A stretch of 64,000 nucleotides of DNA from an uncultured Candidatus Saccharibacteria bacterium (GCA_964615775.1 CAZTQB010000001.1:60599-124598), one strand, 5' to 3'; counted from the stretch's first letter, positions 19,657-30,269 are shown. A program made the numbers and translations. Notes: generated by a model not told the origin, from the sequence alone.

Positions 19657-21149
19657 ATGTCAACAACACCTGAGCAAAGTGAAGTAATATCAAGAGAGTT
19701 AGGTCCTAGTAGTGAGTTAGGTTCAACTCAGGATCCTTGGAAAGTGGGCATAGAAAAGGCTTTTGGAGCTATTGCCACTGGGCAAAGCGAAGACAGCTCG
19801 GCCGAGGTAGAGCTGACAAGCCTACAAGCAAAAAAGCTACTGCCAATAGCAAAAGAAAGCCAGCCGTAAAGTCTGCTGAAGCACCTGAAGAAGAGATGTC
19901 TTTAGACGAACTAATGAAAGAAACCGATGGAATAGCAGAAAAATTGGCTGAAGCTAAGGAAACGGCAGAAAAAATTAGACCGGAGATATTTAGGCTAAAT
20001 CTACAACAGAAGCAGAATACATCAGCTCATGACCAATTAGTTGGTGAAAAAGATAAAAAGCAAGAAGATTTAGATAAAGCAGTCAAATTTGTTGAAGGTA
20101 TAGTCGGGCGATTTAAGGATGACCCTGAAGCTAGCGACTCATCAGACCAAAGCGTGACTCTAAAAGGCAAGCAGACTATCCTACCTTCTGAATACCAAGA
20201 ACTCTCTGCACTAGGTTTGCTGGATGAAAAAACTGATCCAGAACAGATAGAAAAAGCTAAAGAGAGAGTTGATATTTTAGAGAAAAGTTCAGATGAAGAA
20301 CATCAAGAAAAGGGCGAGAAAATAAGGAAATCGTTGCTTGCGAAAGAGAAAAATATAGCAGCTGAACTCAGTGACCGGTTAGATACATTTAAAGAGGAAA
20401 GAGAAGAAGAAATTAAAGGTATTGAAGATGAAGTCAAGGGGCTAACAGAGGAAAACGAGGAAATAGCGAAGAAAATTAAGTCGCTACTTAGGAAAAAGGA
20501 TGTTAAGGATGCATACGCACAACTTTGCAAGGAGCTAGGCTCGGAACAAGAAGAAGCAGAACGACTAATTAAGACCATGAATAAAATTAAATCATGGGTA
20601 AAAGTCATGGAAGAAAAACATGAAAAATTTAGTGATACGGCTGAAGAAACTTTAGATGCTAATCGACGAGAAGATGATCCTGATTTAAAAGTTGAAGGCA
20701 CTGATATTATTGATAAAATCATAAGAATGGGAACAAGAGAAAGCCGGCAAAAAATAATACAAAGTGTTGCTGATAGAATTGGTCGTGAGATCATTTCAAC
20801 AGGTCAAAAAGACAACGAGAACAAGCTAGCCAAATTTATTGAATTAGTCCCATGGATTGGAGACGAGAAAGCTAAAACATATTTTGTAGGATCTCAAAGT
20901 ATTGTTTTCGGTAATGGAGTAGATGTCGATAAAGAAATAGAGAAAGCCGTGCAGTTTGGATTAATTGAAAAAGAAGATGCACAAGTTTTGCGTGAAAAAG
21001 CGGTACGTCTAAAAGAAGAAAATAAAGTTATACATGCCATTCTTACGTCTAAACTGCCAAAAACTCAAGGCGATGGTAATGAAATTAGCCAAACTATCTT
21101 AGAATACTTAAAAACTAATGCCCTGAAGCAAAAACCGGCTTCAAAATAA
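19657..21149 (+). CDS. K/E-rich coiled-coil protein, hypothetical; apparent frame change near an A6 run (19830-19835)
   Basis: Strong SD (TTTAAGGAGTAAAT-ATG) at 19657 gives a 70-aa frame ending at 19869. The long downstream frame (19737..21149) is open through the overlap, but its first 40 aa (MESGHRKGFWSYCHW...) look like alternate-frame noise. Inserting one A in the homopolymer fuses both into one ~515-aa protein (…SLQAKKATANSKRKPAVKSAEAPEEEMSLDE…). Confidence 0.5.
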
Positions 21150-21240
21150 TATCAAAAGAGCTAAGTAAAATTTTCAAAATATAACTCTCCCAGGACTGTA
21201 GTGATAGTAGTGTATAATTAAGCCTGTAAAAAGCAATATT

Positions 21241-22545
21241 ATGACCCTAAATACACAACCATATAAAGGTGCTAGAGATTTTTATCCTGAAGATAAGCGG
21301 CTGCAGGACTACATGTTTAGTAAGATTAGATATGCAGTACAAAAATACGGTTATGAAGAGTATGATGCTCCAATTTTAGAACTACTAGAGCTGTATGCCG
21401 CCAAGTCTGGCCGGGAGATAGTTGACGATCAAACTTACTCTTTTACCGACAGAGGTGGACGACAAGTGGCGATTCGTCCAGAGATGACGCCATCTGTTTC
21501 GCGAATGGTAGCGGCACGAAGACAGGAGTTGGCATACCCACTAAGGTGGTTTTCTATCCCTAATTTGTGGCGATATGAACGTCCTCAACGAGGCAGATTG
21601 CGTGAGCATTGGCAGTTGAATGTCGATCTGTTTGGTCAGGCTGACTTGATGGCTGACCACGAAATAATCTTGGTGGCCAATGCTGTGCTTAAGGATTTTG
21701 GAGCCAAATCTAGCATGTATAGGATAAAGCTAAACGATCGAGTCCTTATGGATTTTTTGGCTGAAGAATATTTAGGCTTAAATCAAGTCCAGACACATAC
21801 CTTATTTAAATTAATAGATCGAATGCATAAAATCGACAGAAGTCAGTTTGAGGCAGAGGTAAGTACACTTTGTTCAGAGTCGCAAAGACAAGCTGGTTTG
21901 GCAGACAAAATTTTAGATATTTTGAGTACAAAATCAATAACTAGTCTTCCTGATGAGTTGCAAAACCATGTTTCGGCGAAAAATCTGCAACGTTTATTGG
22001 ATTTATTGGCCAAATCTGGTGTCGATAATGCTGAATTTGACATTACTGTTATGCGAGGTTTTGACTACTACACCGGATTAGTTTTTGAAATAAACGACAC
22101 AAATCCAGATAATAACCGTAGCATGTTTGGTGGTGGACGATATGACGGGCTGGTTGGCTTGTTCGGGGTAGAGCCAGTCCAGACAATTGGTTTTGGTATG
22201 GGTGATGTAACGCTGGCTAACTTCCTAGAAAGTCATGATTTACTACCAGAACTCTTAACTCCAACAGACGCACTAATAGTACTCATTGGCGATATCTACG
22301 AGCCAGCTCAACGAGTAATCTCGGCTTTTCGTGAGATGGGGCTAAATATTGCTGTCGATGCCACAGATCGCAAGATTGCTAGCAAGCTGAAATCGGCCGA
22401 TAAGCTTGGGGTAAGGTATGTAATTTTTGTTGGCGAAAATGAGCTAAATGAAGAACAATACGCCCTAAAAGACCTAAAAACAGGCAAAGAAGAGAGACAT
22501 TCTGCTGAACGACTAGTCTCGGTGATAAAAGATTTTCGCAAGTAA
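21241..22545 (+). CDS. hisS: Histidyl-tRNA synthetase
   Basis: Class II aaRS motifs: motif 2 region (VAIRPEMTPSVSR), HisRS-specific GRLREHWQ (cf. GRYREFYQ), and a C-terminal anticodon-binding domain. 434 aa. Confidence 0.85.
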   Translation: MTLNTQPYKGARDFYPEDKRLQDYMFSKIRYAVQKYGYEEYDAPILELLELYAAKSGREIVDDQTYSFTDRGGRQVAIRPEMTPSVSRMVAARRQELAYPLRWFSIPNLWRYERPQRGRLREHWQLNVDLFGQADLMADHEIILVANAVLKDFGAKSSMYRIKLNDRVLMDFLAEEYLGLNQVQTHTLFKLIDRMHKIDRSQFEAEVSTLCSESQRQAGLADKILDILSTKSITSLPDELQNHVSAKNLQRLLDLLAKSGVDNAEFDITVMRGFDYYTGLVFEINDTNPDNNRSMFGGGRYDGLVGLFGVEPVQTIGFGMGDVTLANFLESHDLLPELLTPTDALIVLIGDIYEPAQRVISAFREMGLNIAVDATDRKIASKLKSADKLGVRYVIFVGENELNEEQYALKDLKTGKEERHSAERLVSVIKDFRK

Positions 22546-22590
22546 ATAAATATTTTTGGCAAGAGCGAACTAATCTGTTAAGATATAAAA

Positions 22591-23868
22591 ATGCATGTAA
22601 GAATCACTGAAAAAAGTGCTACTGAGGTAATTGTAAATGTTACAGCGGCTCCAGAAGACCTAGAGCCAATCAAACAAAATATCTTAAAAAAACTTAGTAA
22701 AAGTGTAAAAATTGCTGGTTTTCGCCAAGGTAAGGCACCGGCTCAATTGGTAGAGAAAAGTCTTGATCCACAAGTTTTACAAACTGAATTTTTAGATGAA
22801 GCACTGACAAGGCTATACTCGCAGGCTGTTGCTAATGAAAAAATTCGTCCAGTTACTGAGCCAAAAGTTGAGATAAAGAAATTTGTACCATTTAGTGTGT
22901 TGGAATTTGATGTATCAACTGGGGTCGTAAATATTGAAAAATTGGCTGATTTCACAAAATTTGAATTAAAAACTACAAACCAAAAACCTGCAAATGGTGA
23001 TATTGAGAAGGTAGTCGATGATTTAGCCGTTCGAATGAGTGACCGTAAAGAGGTGAAACGGGCAGCTAAGACTGGTGATGAAGTAATCATTGATTTTAGG
23101 GGTGCGGACACTAAGGGCCAGCCGATAAGTGGCGGCGAAGGCAAGGAGTATCCGCTGACTTTAGGTTCAGACAGCTTTATACCTGGCTTTGAAGCTAATC
23201 TAGTCGGCTTAAAGGCTGGTGAAAGCAAAGCTTTCGATGTAACTTTCCCAAAAGATTATCAAGCTAAGGCTTTGGCTGGCAAAAAGGCTAAATTTGAAGT
23301 AAAAGTTCAAAAAATTCATGAGCTAACAAAGCCAAAAATCAATGATGAATTTGCCCAAAAAATGGGGCTATCTGACTTAAAGGCACTAAAAGAAGATGTT
23401 AAAAAGCAATTACAATACGAAGCTGACAACAACAACCAGCGAGCGAAACAAAATGAAATAATTGAACTACTTTTAGCCGGTAGCAAGGTAGATTTACCTG
23501 AGTCACTAATCGATAAGCAAGTAAATACAGAGCTAGAGGAAGTGAAGCGTAATTTTGCCTACAGAGGTCAGACATATGATGAATTTTTGGCAAACGAGAA
23601 ATTAACGGACGAAGAATATCGATTAAAAGAGCTTCGACCACGGGCCGAAAATCAGATTAAAGCATCTATTTTACTAAGCGAAATTGCCACTGACGAGAAC
23701 TTAACAGTGTCAGAGCAAGAGCTAGAGATGCAAATGCAGGCTCTAAAAGCTCAATATAAAGACCCGGCTATGCAAGCTGAATTGTCTAAGGCAGCTACAC
23801 GTCAAGATATTGCCAGCCGAATTTTAACCCAAAAAGTTCTAGATTCCATTTTGCAGAAAGTTGGCTAA
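22591..23868 (+). CDS. tig: Trigger factor
   Basis: N-terminal ribosome-binding signature (GFRQGKAPAQLVEK), central FKBP-type PPIase domain (GDEVIIDFRG...GFEANLVGLKAGESKAF) and C-terminal arm domain. 425 aa. Confidence 0.9.
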   Translation: MHVRITEKSATEVIVNVTAAPEDLEPIKQNILKKLSKSVKIAGFRQGKAPAQLVEKSLDPQVLQTEFLDEALTRLYSQAVANEKIRPVTEPKVEIKKFVPFSVLEFDVSTGVVNIEKLADFTKFELKTTNQKPANGDIEKVVDDLAVRMSDRKEVKRAAKTGDEVIIDFRGADTKGQPISGGEGKEYPLTLGSDSFIPGFEANLVGLKAGESKAFDVTFPKDYQAKALAGKKAKFEVKVQKIHELTKPKINDEFAQKMGLSDLKALKEDVKKQLQYEADNNNQRAKQNEIIELLLAGSKVDLPESLIDKQVNTELEEVKRNFAYRGQTYDEFLANEKLTDEEYRLKELRPRAENQIKASILLSEIATDENLTVSEQELEMQMQALKAQYKDPAMQAELSKAATRQDIASRILTQKVLDSILQKVG

Positions 23869-24502
23869 AGTAAGTATGTATGATGATAAAAGAATGGTCG
23901 ACGGTCTAGTGCCTCCGGAACTTAGGTTTGAGATTCGTTATCCAAATGGTTATCGTTTATCTGAAGAGTCACCTGGAACACGTATTTTGTTCCCCGATAT
24001 ATCGGACGGAAAAATGCCGGAGCTGTTTGTTCCTCAAGGTGCACTTGAACATATGTTTATTGCTGCTATGCGTGAGTGGCCAGGGCAAATTTATTCAGTT
24101 AGGCAAGCTGGCATGCAGAAAGAGGAAGATAGTCTTTGTGGAATTATTGTGGCTGATAGTGTGGCAGACGAAAGAACCAGTGTTCTTAAGTTTCCGCAAC
24201 ATAAACTTGGACTAAAGATAGTGTATCTATCAAAAGGTCATGGATCTAGCAACAATCGACTAGCTGGCTATGGGATAAATGTTTTAACAGAACCAGTATT
24301 TTCGATAGCTGAAAAAAATAGAATTAGATGGGGTATGTCGTCCGTAGAAATTACTCGTTTGTGGGCAGAAGACAGCCTAGGACTAGCCATGGAAGCAAGT
24401 CGAGGAGAAGGCTCTCGAATACAACAGTGCGGACGGTTGCTTCTCGATATGACCAATGCTGACTTACGTACGAAGCAATCTGGCCCTAGAGATATTTGTT
24501 AA
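23861..24502 (+). CDS. Hypothetical protein (wedged between tig and clpP)
   Basis: 213-aa ORF overlapping the tig stop by 8 nt (TTG at 23861; an ATG at 23876/23894 is more likely). No motif recognised. Composition looks somewhat more GC-rich than its neighbours. Confidence 0.4.
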   Translation: MAKVSMYDDKRMVDGLVPPELRFEIRYPNGYRLSEESPGTRILFPDISDGKMPELFVPQGALEHMFIAAMREWPGQIYSVRQAGMQKEEDSLCGIIVADSVADERTSVLKFPQHKLGLKIVYLSKGHGSSNNRLAGYGINVLTEPVFSIAEKNRIRWGMSSVEITRLWAEDSLGLAMEASRGEGSRIQQCGRLLLDMTNADLRTKQSGPRDIC

Positions 24503-24512
24503 AAATAATAAA

Positions 24513-24539
24513 TTGGCACTCAGGGTTGACGAGTGCTAA
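24513..24539. promoter_or_regulatory. CIRCE-type inverted repeat (HrcA operator-like) upstream of clpP
   Basis: TTGGCACTC-agggttgac-GAGTGCTAA. The right arm matches the CIRCE consensus exactly and the left arm has one mismatch (TTgGCACTC). It ends 22 nt upstream of the clpP ATG. Confidence 0.6.
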
Positions 24540-24561
24540 TTGTTAACCTATACTAAATGTT

Positions 24562-25158
24562 ATGAATAAGCCACAAAATGTTTTGATACCAACTGTCATT
24601 GAGCAAGAAGGCCGCATCGAGCGAGCCTATGATATCTATTCGAGGTTACTAAAGGACCGGATTATTTTTCTTGGGACCGATGTTAATGAACATTCGGCTA
24701 ATCTGATTGTTGCTCAACTATTATTTTTGGCTAACGAAGATTCTAAAAAAGATATCTCATTATATATAAATAGTCCGGGTGGCAGCGTTTATGATGCCTT
24801 GGCAATCTATGACACTATGCAGTTTGTTAAGCCAGATATTGCCACTTACGGTATAGGCGTACAGGCATCAGCGGCAGCTTTTTTGCTTAGTAGCGGAGCT
24901 AAAGGCAAACGGAGTTTGCTAGAACACGCCACAGTGATGATACATCAACCATCTAGCGGTACACGTGGCAAAGTGACAGATCAGGAGATTGATCTAAGGG
25001 AGTCACTTAGAGTTAAACAGCTGTTAGAAAAAATAATGGCCAAAAATACTGGCCAAAAATTGCCAAAAATTCACGAAGATATGGAACGCGATAAGTGGCT
25101 AACAGCCGACGAAGCTGTAAAATACGGTATTGCCGACCAACTGATTAAAACTATCTAG
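24562..25158 (+). CDS. clpP: ATP-dependent Clp protease proteolytic subunit ClpP
   Basis: [30 protein letters not shown]...[21 protein letters not shown]...MIHQPSSG: near-canonical ClpP sequence with catalytic Ser/His regions. Confidence 0.9.
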   Translation: MNKPQNVLIPTVIEQEGRIERAYDIYSRLLKDRIIFLGTDVNEHSANLIVAQLLFLANEDSKKDISLYINSPGGSVYDALAIYDTMQFVKPDIATYGIGVQASAAAFLLSSGAKGKRSLLEHATVMIHQPSSGTRGKVTDQEIDLRESLRVKQLLEKIMAKNTGQKLPKIHEDMERDKWLTADEAVKYGIADQLIKTI

Positions 25159-25215
25159 TACTTTATGCTTGCAATATATTAAAAATAATGGTATATGTAG
25201 TATATTATTTGAAAT

Positions 25216-25872
25216 ATGAAGGACATTTATATGAGAGAAAATACATTTGAAAGATACTTACAAGTACCAGGTCAACAACTAGGTATGGAGTTAGCACCGG
25301 CTGGAACTTCATTTCCTGCGAGAGAAGCAGTAATTGCTGGAACAGCGTTATTAGGTGTTGTGTCGTTTGGTGCAAGTTTTGCAAAACCAGAAAATGCTGA
25401 AGCAGCACCGAAATCAGGAGCGTGTACGCCTGAGCAAGTAAGTACACTTGGAAGTATTGTTGAAGATACAGCCTATACTACAAAGGCCAATGCTGATGGT
25501 GATAAAAATAACGGCCAAATTAGCTACAAAGTTAAATTATCTACAAAAAATAATGGAATTGTAATTGGTAGAACGATATTTAATGAAGGAAAAATTATAG
25601 CGGATTTACCGGATAGAAGTGATGCTATTACGGCAGAAGTTTTTACCTATAAATCTCCTGATAAGCCTTATGACTATCGTGGCTTTCTGAAGCAATCTGA
25701 CGGAAGTATTATAGTTAAAGCAGGTAACTATGTTGACGGGACTCAAAGGTCTTTTAATACAAACAAAAAATGCACGAAACAAAATTATGCATGGGCTGTA
25801 GCTGTAGCGAAAAACGGCAATTCTGTTATAAAAGCTGCCCTTAAGCAACAGCCTTTTTATAAAATTCCATAA
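25216..25872 (+). CDS. Hypothetical secreted protein
   Basis: Hydrophobic signal-like segment (AVIAGTALLGVVSFGASFA) followed by a T/N/K-rich soluble region with 3 Cys. No family recognised. Confidence 0.4.
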   Translation: MKDIYMRENTFERYLQVPGQQLGMELAPAGTSFPAREAVIAGTALLGVVSFGASFAKPENAEAAPKSGACTPEQVSTLGSIVEDTAYTTKANADGDKNNGQISYKVKLSTKNNGIVIGRTIFNEGKIIADLPDRSDAITAEVFTYKSPDKPYDYRGFLKQSDGSIIVKAGNYVDGTQRSFNTNKKCTKQNYAWAVAVAKNGNSVIKAALKQQPFYKIP

Positions 25873-25923
25873 AATGGTGTTGACTTAAGCTATTGTTACG
25901 CTATATTTAGTGGTGTAGGGGGC

Positions 25924-26409
25924 ATGGATATGGAACTACTAAAGCAACAATTAGATAGGCCAAAAAGCGAAATAACATTTACTTTTGAAGATAATAGAGC
26001 AGTGGGTAGGGGTTGTCGAGGATCCGCCTCTGAGCTTGATGTTGCAAAAATAGCCGTTCGCTCATACCTGGACCCCGAATTGGAAGTTTTGACGCCTTGC
26101 GAGAAAGATGCTGCCATAGATCTTGAAAGTATTTTGTTAGATACTGGAACTGTTGACACAAAAACTGCCAAAAATGGTATACGACATCAGTCTGTTGGGT
26201 TAACTTATAGTCAGGTTGTGACTCTCGGTGTAGTCATCAGTAAGTATCGTCAAAGTCAGAAAAGGCTATTAGAGGTGATTGATTCGAATTTTATTGGTCA
26301 ACGTAACTCAATTAGTTGGCGAATAGAATCAACTTGTGCAGTTTCTGATAGAGTCAATGAATTGCTGACGCAAAGTCAAAGTTCGCAAGATGATAATATT
26401 GCTGCTTAA
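25924..26409 (+). CDS. Hypothetical protein
   Basis: 161-aa ORF with no recognisable motif. It lies in the slot where rplKAJL normally precede rpoB. Confidence 0.35.
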   Translation: MDMELLKQQLDRPKSEITFTFEDNRAVGRGCRGSASELDVAKIAVRSYLDPELEVLTPCEKDAAIDLESILLDTGTVDTKTAKNGIRHQSVGLTYSQVVTLGVVISKYRQSQKRLLEVIDSNFIGQRNSISWRIESTCAVSDRVNELLTQSQSSQDDNIAA

Positions 26410-26474
26410 GCTAGCTTAGATTATTAATAGTTTTGTTATTTTGGCAAAACATGTAATTATTCCTCTAATACCTC

Positions 26475-26504
26475 TTGACTAGATAGATAAAATCAGGCTA
26501 TACT
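26475..26504 (+). promoter_or_regulatory. Putative sigma70-type promoter upstream of rpoB
   Basis: TTGACT-N18-TATACT about 210 nt upstream of the rpoB start codon. Confidence 0.3.
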
Positions 26505-26714
26505 TTAAGGGAAGTAGAAGTAGTTTTAATTTTCGCAAAAAAATGTAGTTATTTTTGCAATAATAAAAAACTCAGTGTTCTTCGGTCGACCAAAATTAAT
26601 CTCAAAATACAAAGACTAGAGAAACAGACTAAAAAAGATTTTACCAGAATAAATTTAGGGCATTCTGATAAGATCTTATTTTACTAATTTAAAAAGTGAA
26701 GGACCGCTTATTTT

Positions 26715-29700
26715 ATGGCAAAAGCAGATGCGAGTGTTGCTAAACGCGAATTTTTTAATAAGACAAAAAATGTAATAGAAATACCAAACTTGGTAGATCA
26801 TCAAAATAGTTCATGGCAATGGTTTGTCGAGGAGGGCTTAGGTGAGCTATTGGCGGAGATTAGTCCGATTGATGATTATACGGGTACAAAATTAAGCTTA
26901 ACTTTTAAAGACTATCACTTTGAAGATCCAAAGATGACTGAAGCTGAAGCTCGGGCCAATAACACCAGTTATGACGCTCCATTAAAAGCTACAGTTGAGC
27001 TAACCAACAAGGTAACTGGCGAGGTTAAAGAACATGAGATTTATCTAGGAGACTTTCCATACATGACGACTCGTGGAACGTTTGTGATTAACGGAGCTGA
27101 ACGTGTAGTAGTTAGCCAATTGATTCGTTCTGCTGGTGTGTTTTTTACATCAGAACTATCTTCTAGCGGAAATCTTTATGGTGCTAAAGTAATTCCCGGA
27201 CGAGGTGCTTGGCTAGAGTTTGAAACCGCAGCCAATAAAGCCATATTTGTAAAGATCGACCGTAAGCGAAAGATACCGGTTACTACATTGCTACGAGCTT
27301 TCGGTATGAGTGAAGCAGCTATGAAAGACGCTTTCAAACACGTCGATCAGGGTAAGTTAAAATACTTAGATACTACACTTGAAAAAGACCCATCGAAAAC
27401 TACTTCAGAAGCCTTAATTGAAGTTTATCGACGCCTAAGACCAGGTGATCTTGCCACTGTTGACAATGCTCGTGGTTTACTTGAGAATATGTTTTTTAAC
27501 TTCAAGCGATTTGATTTTAGCCGTGTAGGTCGATACAAAATCAACAAACGACTTAATCTTGACGTGCCTAATGTGGCTGAAAATCGAGTAATGCGTTTGG
27601 AAGATTTGCTTGCGATTATTAGTGAGATTATCAGGCTCAATAATACTCAGGAACCAGCCGATGACATTGACAGTTTGGCAAACCGCCGAATCAAGTTGGT
27701 TGGTGAGCTTGTGCAGCGTCAATTTAGAATCGGACTTCTGCGAATGGAGCGAAATACCAAAGATCGTATGAGTATGAGTGAGATAGAAACTGTCACTCCT
27801 GGGCAATTGATTAATGCTCGACCAGTAGTTGCAGCAGTACGTGAGTTCTTTGCCAGCTCGCAGCTTAGCCAGTTTATGGACCAAACTAATCCGTTGAGCG
27901 AATTAGCTCATAAGCGTCGACTTAGTTCTATGGGTCCTGGTGGTTTGAGTCGTGAGAGGGCTGGCTTTGAAGTGCGTGATGCTCATTCGACACACTATGG
28001 ACGTATTTGTGCCGTAGAGACACCAGAAGGTGCAAATATTGGGCTAGTTCTAAACTTAGCCAATTATGGCCGAGTCAATGATTATGGTTTTCTTGAGACA
28101 CCTTACCGCAAGGTTATCAATGCCGTAACTCCTAAGACGGCTGAAGGACATATTGCCTCTGTTGATTTTGAAGATGAAAAAGGAAAAGTGATAGTAAAAG
28201 CTGGTAGTAAGATAACTAAAAGCGATACTGAAAAGTTAGCAAAAGTAACTAGTCGCAAAACTTGGCCAGTTAAAGCTAAAGTAACTAATGAAATTGAGTT
28301 TCTTGATGCAGCCGACGAAGAATCGGCCGTAATTGCTGGAGCCGGCAATAAGGTAGACGAAGATGGTTACTTTGTTGATGAACGTGTAGGAGCAAGGACA
28401 AATTTGAGCGTTGGCGAGACTGATGCTAACGACGTAACTTATATGGATTCAGCTAAAAATCAGGTGATTGGGTCTATTGCTGGTCTTGTGCCTTTTATCG
28501 AGCGAGACCGTGTTGACCGTGCATTGGTTGGTTCTAACCAGCAAAAGCAAGCTGTGCCTTTGATAAAGCCATTATCTCCTATTGTTGGAACTGGTCTAGA
28601 AGAGACAGTTGCAAAGAACTCTGGTCAGGTTGTCTACGCAGAGGATAATGGTGAAATTGTAAAAGCATCAGCATCAGAAGTAGTAGTAAATTATGGTAAA
28701 AATAAACTAACCTACACTCCAACTCACTTTGAGAGAAGTAATGACGGTACTTGTATTAATCAAAAAGTCGTAGTTAAGGCTGGCGACAAGGTCAAAAAAG
28801 GCGATGTGTTGATAGAAGGTATGTCGATTCAGGGTGGTGAGTTGGCACTTGGCAAAGACTTGTTGGTAGCTTTTATGCCTTGGAACGGTTATAACTTTGA
28901 GGATGCGATGGTGCTTAGCCGTAGATTGGTTGAGGACGATACTCTAACTTCTATACATATCGTAGACTACATGACCGAAGTTCGTGAGACAAAACTTGGA
29001 CCTGAGGTGGTAACCAGTGATATTCCAAATGTATCAGAAGAAGCACTTAGACACCTTGACGAAAACGGAATTGTTCGGATTGGGGCAGAAGTTCACCCTG
29101 GCGATATTTTGGTTGGAAAAATTACGCCAAAAGGTGAGCAGGAGCTTTCTAGTGAAGAAAGATTGCTACGAGCGATTTTTGGCGAAAAAGCCAAAGAAGT
29201 TCGTGACACATCACAGCGAATGAGTAACGGTAAACACGGTAAGGTTGTTGGAGTAAAAATCTTTTCAAGAGAGAATGGTCATGAGCTAAAAGCTGGCGTA
29301 ATAATGCAAATTCAGGTGTTTGTTGCTCAGATGCGTAAAGTAGCTGTAGGTGATAAGCTAGCTGGTCGGCACGGAAACAAAGGTGTAATTGCTAAGATTT
29401 TGCCAGTTGAAGATATGCCATTTGCCGAAGATGGAACGCCGGTTGATATTATCTTAAACCCTATGGGCGTGCCTTCACGTATGAATCTTGGACAGCTGTT
29501 TGAGGTTCACCTGGGTATGGCGGCTCGAGCTTTGGGAATGAAAGTAACGGCACCGTCATTTGATGGTATGTCGTCTGAAGATATTAGCAAAATGTTGAAA
29601 AAAGCTGGTTACCCAGAAGACGGTAAGCAGCAGTTATATGATGGTCGAACTGGTGAAGCCTTCAAGGAACATTCAGTAGTTGGAAATATGTATATTTTCA

Positions 29701-30269
29701 AACTAACGCACATGGTAACCGATAAGATTCATGCTCGTTCAACTGGTCCATATACCATGGTTACACAACAGCCTTTGGGTGGAAAAGCTCAAAATGGTGG
29801 TCAACGATTCGGTGAAATGGAAGTGTGGGCATTGGAAGCGTATGGAGCAAGTAATATTTTGCAGGAAATGCTAACCATTAAGTCAGATGATGTTTATGGA
29901 AGAAGTAAAGCCTATGAGTCTATCATCAAAAAAACCGATATTGTTGGACCAAAAGTACCAGAAAGCTTCAACGTTTTAGTTAAAGAATTGCAGGGGCTTG
30001 GATTAAAAGTTGACTTAATTGAGAGCGATAAAACCATCGATGCTGAGAGCGTATTGAGCGAAAATATCAAAGACGAATCTGAGCATCAAACAGAGATTGA
30101 GGTACCATCGCCAAGTGTTAATAATGTGAGCGAAGACAGTGAAGTCGATGAATTGATGGTTATGGATTTTGATGATGGTTTGGAACCAGCCGATTCAAGC
30201 GAATTTGAGCCAGACATGAATACAGATAGCGATCTGGCAGAATCTAAGGAAGAAGGGAGTCAAGTATGA
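26715..30269 (+). CDS. rpoB: DNA-directed RNA polymerase subunit beta
   Basis: 1184 aa with conserved beta-subunit blocks (e.g. ...HKRRLSSMGPGGLSRERAGFEVRDAHSTHYGRICAVETPEG..., GEMEVWALEAYGA). Confidence 0.95.
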   Translation: MAKADASVAKREFFNKTKNVIEIPNLVDHQNSSWQWFVEEGLGELLAEISPIDDYTGTKLSLTFKDYHFEDPKMTEAEARANNTSYDAPLKATVELTNKVTGEVKEHEIYLGDFPYMTTRGTFVINGAERVVVSQLIRSAGVFFTSELSSSGNLYGAKVIPGRGAWLEFETAANKAIFVKIDRKRKIPVTTLLRAFGMSEAAMKDAFKHVDQGKLKYLDTTLEKDPSKTTSEALIEVYRRLRPGDLATVDNARGLLENMFFNFKRFDFSRVGRYKINKRLNLDVPNVAENRVMRLEDLLAIISEIIRLNNTQEPADDIDSLANRRIKLVGELVQRQFRIGLLRMERNTKDRMSMSEIETVTPGQLINARPVVAAVREFFASSQLSQFMDQTNPLSELAHKRRLSSMGPGGLSRERAGFEVRDAHSTHYGRICAVETPEGANIGLVLNLANYGRVNDYGFLETPYRKVINAVTPKTAEGHIASVDFEDEKGKVIVKAGSKITKSDTEKLAKVTSRKTWPVKAKVTNEIEFLDAADEESAVIAGAGNKVDEDGYFVDERVGARTNLSVGETDANDVTYMDSAKNQVIGSIAGLVPFIERDRVDRALVGSNQQKQAVPLIKPLSPIVGTGLEETVAKNSGQVVYAEDNGEIVKASASEVVVNYGKNKLTYTPTHFERSNDGTCINQKVVVKAGDKVKKGDVLIEGMSIQGGELALGKDLLVAFMPWNGYNFEDAMVLSRRLVEDDTLTSIHIVDYMTEVRETKLGPEVVTSDIPNVSEEALRHLDENGIVRIGAEVHPGDILVGKITPKGEQELSSEERLLRAIFGEKAKEVRDTSQRMSNGKHGKVVGVKIFSRENGHELKAGVIMQIQVFVAQMRKVAVGDKLAGRHGNKGVIAKILPVEDMPFAEDGTPVDIILNPMGVPSRMNLGQLFEVHLGMAARALGMKVTAPSFDGMSSEDISKMLKKAGYPEDGKQQLYDGRTGEAFKEHSVVGNMYIFKLTHMVTDKIHARSTGPYTMVTQQPLGGKAQNGGQRFGEMEVWALEAYGASNILQEMLTIKSDDVYGRSKAYESIIKKTDIVGPKVPESFNVLVKELQGLGLKVDLIESDKTIDAESVLSENIKDESEHQTEIEVPSPSVNNVSEDSEVDELMVMDFDDGLEPADSSEFEPDMNTDSDLAESKEEGSQV

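Noticed and set aside
19737-19870. MESGHRKGFWSYCHW… N-terminus of the long K/E-rich ORF as the real start
   Set aside because: These codons overlap a better-supported frame (strong SD at 19657) and have a Trp/Cys/Arg-rich composition unlike the rest of the protein. They are more plausibly off-frame sequence upstream of a frameshift at the A6 run.
20303-20794. 163-aa antisense ORF (Ser/Leu/Phe-rich) inside the K/E-rich gene
   Set aside because: A typical shadow ORF opposite a GAA/AAG-rich coding strand. It has low-complexity composition and no RBS.
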